A DNA stretch of 64,000 nucleotides, taken from assembly GCF_026626665.1 (NCBI RefSeq), contig NZ_JAPNKE010000002.1, positions 3,437,168 through 3,501,167 on the forward strand, in the 5' to 3' direction. Source of the DNA: Nannocystis pusilla. GTDB lineage: Bacteria; Myxococcota_A; Polyangia; Nannocystales; Nannocystaceae. Below, in pieces: positions 58,643-64,000 of the stretch. How positions within the stretch are numbered: the first letter of the stretch is position 1; each line of letters opens with the position of its first letter. The position numbers were made by a program, and so were the translations under genes. The notes beneath the pieces were generated by a model. That model saw nothing but the letters and a program-made list of their open reading frames with translations, did not search any database and had not been told where the DNA came from.

Positions 58643-59519
58643 TCTCGGTTCTCCTTGGTGGGCGCGGTGCAGGTTGCCCGCAGCGAATCTCGCAGGAAGC
58701 GAAGGTCAAAACTCAGCCCGTGGCGCTCGCGCGCCGAAAACAGGCGAACGACGTTGTCGGCGAAACCGAGGCCCCTGTCCAGTAGCAGAATCTGCCCCTT
58801 GACGCCGTCCATGAGGCCGCTGCAGAGGGCCAGCGCCGCGGCCGCGACCTCGTCGGGGTCGATGAACCAGCCTTCCGAGTAGTACTTCTTGCAGAACGGC
58901 ACGAAGTCGGGCCCGAAGGTGGCCTCCAGCGATGCAGTCTCGACCGGGTTCGCGCGCAGGATGTTGATGCGAACATCCTCACTGAGCAGATCTGCCGTGA
59001 GGTAGCGACAGAAGGTCTCCATCACGGTCTTGCTCGCGGCCACGAAGTCGTAGCCCGGGAGGAAGTACTCAGGCCCGCGCGACGACATTCCCACCGCGTA
59101 GCGGGCCAGCGGCCGAAGGTCTCGCGGATGGCTTGCAGGTAGCCGACGAACGGCCACGCGCTGTAGCCGAGGCTGCGCAGGAAGCTCTTCTTGTCGAGGT
59201 CCTCGTGCGACTTGCTGACGTGGGCGAACGACACGTTGCTGATCAGCGCGAACACGGCGTCGTGGTCGCGCTTGACCGCCTCCATCAGCGCCTCGGTGTC
59301 CTCGTCCTGCGACGCGTCGGCCTCGACGATCGTCGGCGCCGGCGCGCCCGCGGCTTCGAACCGGGCCCGCAGCTCGTCCTCGTCGGCCGAGCCCCAGCGG
59401 TGCGTCAGGTACACGTGCGCGCCGTACTTGCCGAACAGCAGGCCGGTCGCCAGGCCGATGCCCGCCGTCCCGCCGGTGACGATGATGGCCTTGCCCTTGA
59501 GGTCGTTGCGGAGGATCAC
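58639..59519 (-). CDS. short-chain dehydrogenase/reductase (SDR) paralog B; frame break ~59100
   Basis: The GTG start has an AGGAAGGAG SD. The NAD(P) fold is IIVTGGTAGIGLATG. It is 60% or more identical in blocks to the upstream paralog. It reads across minus ORFs 59022..60266 and 58639..59157. Confidence 0.7.
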
Positions 59520-60331
59520 GCCGGAGCTCCTTCCTTGTCGCTGCCGCCGACGAGCCGCGGCCCGAGCGTGGCGACGTTGTCGACGAACGCCGCGCCGCGG
59601 TCGAGCGTCAGCACTTGCCCGCCCATCGCGTCGAACAGCCCGCTGCACAGCGCGAGGGTCGTGTCGGCGACCTCGTCGACGGTGCACGCGAACTCGGGGA
59701 ACTTGCTCGCCAGCTCGCGCTGCTGGGCGGCGAACATCTGCTCGTAGCTCTCGGTCATGACCTGGCGGGTGCGCAGGGCGTTGACGATGCAGCCGTGCTC
59801 GTACAAGTGCGTGCTCATGTAGCGCACGAACGTCTCGAGCACCGCCTTGGCCACCGCCACGTAGTCGTAGCCGGGGTAGTGCGTGTCGGGCCCGTCGGAC
59901 GACATCGCCAGCGCGTAGCGGGGGTAGCGGCCGAACGCGGCGTGCAGCGCCTGCAGGTAGCCGACGAACGGCCAGCTCGAGTACTCGAGGCTCTTGTACA
60001 GCGCGCGCCGGGTGTGCTTCTCCGGCCCCTCGCCGCGCTGGACCACGCAGACGTTGCTGATGAACGCCCACACGCCGTCGCACTCCTCCTTGAGCCGCGC
60101 GGTCAGCTTGTCGGTGTCCTCCTCGCGCGACGCGTCGGCCTCGATCACCAGCGGCGCCGGGCCCCCGGCGGCGATGAAGCGGGCCTTCAGCGCGTCCTCG
60201 TCGGCCGAGCCCCAGCGGTGCGTCAGCACCGTGCGCGCGCCCTGGCGCCCGAACGCGAGCGCGCACGCGAGGCCGATGCCGCGCGTCCCGCCCGTGATCA
60301 AGACGACCCTGTCCTTGAAGTCATTGAGCAA
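59516..60331 (-). CDS. short-chain dehydrogenase/reductase (SDR) paralog A
   Basis: VVLITGGTRGIGLACALAF plus a YxxxK context. 271 aa, intact. The TGA overlaps the downstream GTG. Confidence 0.8.
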   Translation of the reverse strand: MLNDFKDRVVLITGGTRGIGLACALAFGRQGARTVLTHRWGSADEDALKARFIAAGGPAPLVIEADASREEDTDKLTARLKEECDGVWAFISNVCVVQRGEGPEKHTRRALYKSLEYSSWPFVGYLQALHAAFGRYPRYALAMSSDGPDTHYPGYDYVAVAKAVLETFVRYMSTHLYEHGCIVNALRTRQVMTESYEQMFAAQQRELASKFPEFACTVDEVADTTLALCSGLFDAMGGQVLTLDRGAAFVDNVATLGPRLVGGSDKEGAPA

Positions 60332-60334
60332 GCG

Positions 60335-61110
60335 TCATCCTCCCTGGCCTGGCCCGTAGTTCGTGCGGATCCGCGCCACCGTCTCCGGGTCGGCGAAGCA
60401 TACCTCGTGCATCATCGACTCGACCGTGCGCGCCTCCTCGAAGGCCCGTCGCCGCGGCAACGCCAGCGCACGTTTGAGCAACAGCAGCGCAGCCCGCGGC
60501 TTGTCGGCGATCCGCGCCGCCATGTCGAGCGCCCGCGGCAGCACCTCGGCGCGCGGCACGACCGCGTTGACCTGGCCGCGCCCCGCCAATGCTCCCCGCG
60601 GAAGTACTGCGAGCCGTACAGCATCTCGGCCCCGACGTACTCGCCGAACGCGAACTGCACGAGGCGCGTCGCGCCCATCCCCGGCGTGAAGCCGAGGTCC
60701 ATGAAGTTGGCGCCGTAGCGGCTCTCGCGGGCCATCACGACCATGTCGCAGGCGAGGCCGAACACCAGGCCGCCGCCGACCGCGGGCCCCGCCATCGCGG
60801 CGATCGTCGGCACCGGCACCTCGAGCAGCGCCCGCGTCAGCAGCAGGTCGTACGGGGCGATCGTGCCGTCGGCGAGGCCGAGCAGGACGTCGCGGTCGCC
60901 GCCGGCGGAGAACACCTCGGGCAGGCCGGCGATCACGACCACGCGCACGTCGGCGCGCCGGCCGAGGTCCTCGAGCGCGCGCGTCAACGTCGCGACGAAC
61001 GCGCGGCCGAACGCGTTCTTGCCGGCCGCGTCGCGCATGGTCAGCACGGCCACGCCGTCGCGCTCGAGCGTCACCTCGACGAGGCTGTCTGTTTGGACAT
61101 GCGCGTTCAT
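60335..61110 (-). CDS. enoyl-CoA hydratase/isomerase-family protein (ECH, crotonase fold), second of tandem pair; frame break ~60585
   Basis: Crotonase segments are VVVIAGLPEVFSAGGD and AAMAGPAVGGGLVFGLACDMVV. The C-terminal 80 aa are in the frame of minus ORF 60335..60589. Confidence 0.75.
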
Positions 61111-61862
61111 TCCTGTCCTTTCAGACTGACGAACCACGGCGGCGCCTGGCCCTCGGCCAGCAGGGCCGCCAGCGCCGCCCGCAGCTCGGGGTCCTCGAGG
61201 TCGGCCGCGGTCTGGGCCACCCCGCCCTGCCCCGCGGGTCCGGTGATCCGCTTGAGCGTCGCCACCGCCTGCGGGCGCGCGCGCAGCAGCGAGCGCAACA
61301 GCCCGCGCAGCGCCTTGTCCGGGTCGTCCGCGACCGCGTCGACGAGGCCCCACGGCTCGGCCTGGGCCGCGGTCACCAGCTCGCCGGTCAGCGCCAGCCG
61401 CCGGGTCCGCCGCGCGCCGATCCGGGCCTCCAGCGCCGGGAAGATCACCGCCGGCACCAGCCCGTAGCGCAGCTCCGGCAGCGCGAACGTGGCCCCCGGC
61501 GCCGCCACCACAAGGTCGCAGGCGGCCGCGAGGCCGACCCCGCCGCCGCTGGCCGCGCCGGTGACCACCGCGATCGTCGCCAGCTTCGCGCTGGCCAGCA
61601 GCTCGAGGCAGCTGGCGAAGCGCTGCATGGCCTCGCGCATCTGCGCCGACGGGGTCCGCAGCGCCGCCGCGAGGTCCATGCCGGCGCAGAACTCGGGGCC
61701 CTCGCTGGCGATCACCAGCGCGCGCGCCGGACCGGCGACCGCCTGCTCGACCGCCTCGGCCAGCGCGGCGATCCCGTCGGTGTCCAATGCGACATGTCCT
61801 CCGGGACCTGTCCCGAGGAACAGCCGATGAACTAGCTCGCCCTCTTCGCAGCGGACGCGCAC
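61107..61862 (-). CDS. enoyl-CoA hydratase/isomerase-family protein (ECH, crotonase fold), first of tandem pair
   Basis: Crotonase segments are LVIASEGPEFCAGMDL and AVVTGAASGGGVGLAAACDLVVAAP. The stop overlaps the next gene's ATG. GTG start. Confidence 0.75.
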   Translation of the reverse strand: MRVRCEEGELVHRLFLGTGPGGHVALDTDGIAALAEAVEQAVAGPARALVIASEGPEFCAGMDLAAALRTPSAQMREAMQRFASCLELLASAKLATIAVVTGAASGGGVGLAAACDLVVAAPGATFALPELRYGLVPAVIFPALEARIGARRTRRLALTGELVTAAQAEPWGLVDAVADDPDKALRGLLRSLLRARPQAVATLKRITGPAGQGGVAQTAADLEDPELRAALAALLAEGQAPPWFVSLKGQE

Positions 61863-61970
61863 GCGATCACCTCCGGAGTGCTGAGACGATGAAACGAGCG
61901 GCCGGGCCGCACGCCGCCGAGGGGCGGCGCGGCCGGCGTGGCGAGGGACGTGCGCGGCATGGTCGGAGCC

Positions 61971-63212
61971 TCAGGACAGGCGGTACTCCCGCTGGTAGCC
62001 GCGCACCGCGTCGAGCACGAGGCGGCCCTTGCCGGCGTAGGCGCGCTCGTAGAGCCCGCGCAGGCCCGACTGGTCGACCTCGTAGTCGCTCTGGTCGATG
62101 TACGCGGCGCGCTGGCGCTCGAGCGCTTCGTACTCGTCGATGGTGAGCGGCATGCGGCGATCGAGGCCGGCGCCGACGTGCTGACTGGCGACCTGCTCGC
62201 GCGCGCGCTCGCCGACGGTCGCGCGGTAGAACTCGGCGCACGAGCCCGAGCCGTAGGAGAAGATCGAGACCTTGTCGCCCGCGCGCAGCTCGGGGTCGGC
62301 GTCGATGAGGCCGAGCATGGCGATGAAGGTCGCCGAGGTGTACGTGCCGCCGAAGCGCGAGTTGAAGCGCAGCGCCTGCTTCGACTTGCGCTCGAAGTGA
62401 GCCCTGGCCTCGCGCAGCGACATCTCGTGCGGGCCGCGGCGGAGCAGCGCCCGGTGGGCGCGGAAGGTCATGCCGCCGAACGGCACGTGGTAGATGTGGC
62501 GCGCGAACTCGGCGTCGTAGTCGACCATGCCCGAGCGGGCGACGAAGTGGTCGTAGGCGCCCTCGAGCGCGTCGAGGTAGCCGTACAGGCTGGTGTCGGC
62601 GTGGCCGACCTCCTTCGTCGAGGTCGGGCGGTAGGTGTCGAAGATCTCCTGCGTCCAGTAGCCGCAGGTGTCGAGGTCGAGCTCGAGGACGTCGGGCTGG
62701 GCGCTGACCAGCATCGCCGTCGCCGCCGCGCCGAGCACGTACTCCCACGGCTGGCCGAGGTGCACGCGGCTCTGATCGGTGCAGACCACGAGCGCCTTCT
62801 TGCCCGGCGCCGCGCCCGACGCGACCCAGTGAGCCGCCATCATCAGACCGCCGGTGCCGCCGTAGCAGGCGTGCTTGGTCTCGAAATTGCGGCAGTTGGC
62901 CGTGAGCCCGCAGTAGCGCTGCACGTAGGTCGAGATCGGCTTGCCGAAGTCGACCGACGACTCGGTGCCGACGATCACGAGCTCGATGTCCTGGCGGTCC
63001 TCGGGCCGGACGATCTGCAGCGCGGCGTTGACCGCCATCGTCACCGGATCTTCCCACGTCGGGTTGAGCGAGCGCTCGCTGACCCACAGCTCCTCGAGCG
63101 GGTGGCGCGGATCGTGGTCGCGCGCCTCCGCGAGCAGCTTCATGTCGAGCGAGAGCGTGCACGGGTACGCCGTGATCCGCTCGATGCCCACGCGCGGCCG
63201 GTGGTGCGCCAT
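61971..63212 (-). CDS. HMG-CoA synthase family enzyme (PKS beta-branching HMGS-like / MvaS-like)
   Basis: The active-site Cys block is NCRNFETKHACYGGTGGLMMA. The GxSxS-like block is FSYGSGSCAEF. A GAGGGAGGA SD precedes the ATG. 413 aa, intact. Confidence 0.85.
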   Translation of the reverse strand: MAHHRPRVGIERITAYPCTLSLDMKLLAEARDHDPRHPLEELWVSERSLNPTWEDPVTMAVNAALQIVRPEDRQDIELVIVGTESSVDFGKPISTYVQRYCGLTANCRNFETKHACYGGTGGLMMAAHWVASGAAPGKKALVVCTDQSRVHLGQPWEYVLGAAATAMLVSAQPDVLELDLDTCGYWTQEIFDTYRPTSTKEVGHADTSLYGYLDALEGAYDHFVARSGMVDYDAEFARHIYHVPFGGMTFRAHRALLRRGPHEMSLREARAHFERKSKQALRFNSRFGGTYTSATFIAMLGLIDADPELRAGDKVSIFSYGSGSCAEFYRATVGERAREQVASQHVGAGLDRRMPLTIDEYEALERQRAAYIDQSDYEVDQSGLRGLYERAYAGKGRLVLDAVRGYQREYRLS

Positions 63213-63226
63213 CGCCGTCCTCCCTC

Positions 63227-63970
63227 TCAGTACGTCCAGTCGAGGCCGCCCGTGACCGGCACGACCTGACCGTTGATGAAGCTGCCGCCCGTGGCCAGGA
63301 ACAGGACCGTCGCCGCCAGCTCGGCCAGCGTGCCCATGCGCCCCTTCGGCATCGGGCAGTACTGCTGCCAGTAGTCCTTGGCCGCCTGCGGCATGGTCTC
63401 GCGCGTCATGTCGGTGTCGAAGAAGCCCGGCACGACGACGTTGGCGGTGATGCCCTTGCGCCCGTACTCCTTGGCGAGCGCCTGGGTGAAGCCGTGCAGG
63501 CCGGCCTTGCTGGCCGCGTAGTTGGCCTGGCCGGCCGCGCCGTTGTGCTGGATCGACGAGATGTTGACGATCCGCCCGAAGCGCGCCGCCAGCATCGCCG
63601 GCAGGAACGCGCGCACGACGTAGAACGGGCCGTGCAGGTTGGTGGCGAGCACGTCGTGCCACTCCTCGTCGGACATCGAGACCACGAGGTTGGCGCGGTT
63701 GATGCCGGCGCAGTTGACGATCGCCTCGACGCTGTCGAAGTCCTCGAGCACCGCGTCCGCGACCTCGCCGACGCGGTCCGAGCGGCTCACGTCGAGCGCG
63801 TAGCCCTTGACCTTCGCGCCCGGGCGGATCGCCGCCGCCTCGGCCTCGATCTGGCGCGCCGCGTCGTCGTTGCTGCGGTACGCGAACGCGACGTCGTGGC
63901 CGGCGCGCACCGCCTCGAGCACGATGCCGGCGCCGATGCCCCGCGAGCCTCCGGTGACGAAGAAGTTCAT
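63227..63970 (-). CDS. 3-oxoacyl-ACP reductase-like SDR (FabG family)
   Basis: MNFFVTGGSRGIGAGI, NAG, the catalytic YAASKAG and PGFFDTDMT are present. 247 aa. Confidence 0.85.
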   Translation of the reverse strand: MNFFVTGGSRGIGAGIVLEAVRAGHDVAFAYRSNDDAARQIEAEAAAIRPGAKVKGYALDVSRSDRVGEVADAVLEDFDSVEAIVNCAGINRANLVVSMSDEEWHDVLATNLHGPFYVVRAFLPAMLAARFGRIVNISSIQHNGAAGQANYAASKAGLHGFTQALAKEYGRKGITANVVVPGFFDTDMTRETMPQAAKDYWQQYCPMPKGRMGTLAELAATVLFLATGGSFINGQVVPVTGGLDWTY

Positions 63971-64000
63971 GGCGCGGCTCACAGGCTGTTCGGGTCCCAC

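Overview
This 64 kb window is about 70% GC and looks like Myxococcota chromosome. Supporting that call: a CGDG/CDDGN cysteine-rich-repeat lipoprotein, a CarD/CdnL-type regulator, a Ser/Thr kinase with a TPR tail, a DUF4388-roadblock protein, tandem lspA paralogs, and abundant Pro/Ala/Arg-rich antisense ORFs that are artefacts of GC-rich DNA. I can support about 60 protein-coding genes. Housekeeping genes (mdh-sucC-sucD, nadB, smpB, two lspA, pgsA, a pabB-like gene, PduO-type cobalamin adenosyltransferase) are interleaved with signalling and accessory genes. No rRNA, tRNA or CRISPR array was recognised. Four things stand out. (1) A minus-strand operon at 10.4-14.9 kb encodes a SiaA/SiaB/SiaC-like partner-switching module (PP2C phosphatase, HATPase Ser kinase, DUF1987 protein). 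Unlike the canonical Sia system, its output gene is a class III adenylate/guanylate cyclase rather than a GGDEF enzyme, and a bacterial GRAS-family protein plus a small unknown protein precede it. (2) A pervasive family of short palindromic repeats built from 14-bp units (4 variable nt plus a GGRCATGYCC core) occurs at more than 20 loci. Most sit just 3' of genes, and at two loci the repeat is accompanied by a tandem duplication of the neighbouring gene's 3' end. Several 42-bp (three-unit) blocks sit in frame inside coding sequences. (3) A roughly 195-bp tandem repeat array has been split by an IS630-family element that inserted at a CTAG and duplicated TA. The element carries about 30-bp terminal inverted repeats and two ORFs. 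(4) At the right edge there is an HMG-CoA-synthase beta-branching-type cassette (ACP, two SDRs, two crotonase-fold ECHs, HMGS, FabG-like reductase), probably part of a polyketide or lipid tailoring locus that continues beyond the window. A large caveat: at least 15 genes show 1-bp frame switches, often in compensating pairs. That pattern fits indel errors in the assembly better than true pseudogenes, so the supplied ORF track fragments or mis-extends many genes. The coordinates below are reconstructions from reading the protein sense across frames.
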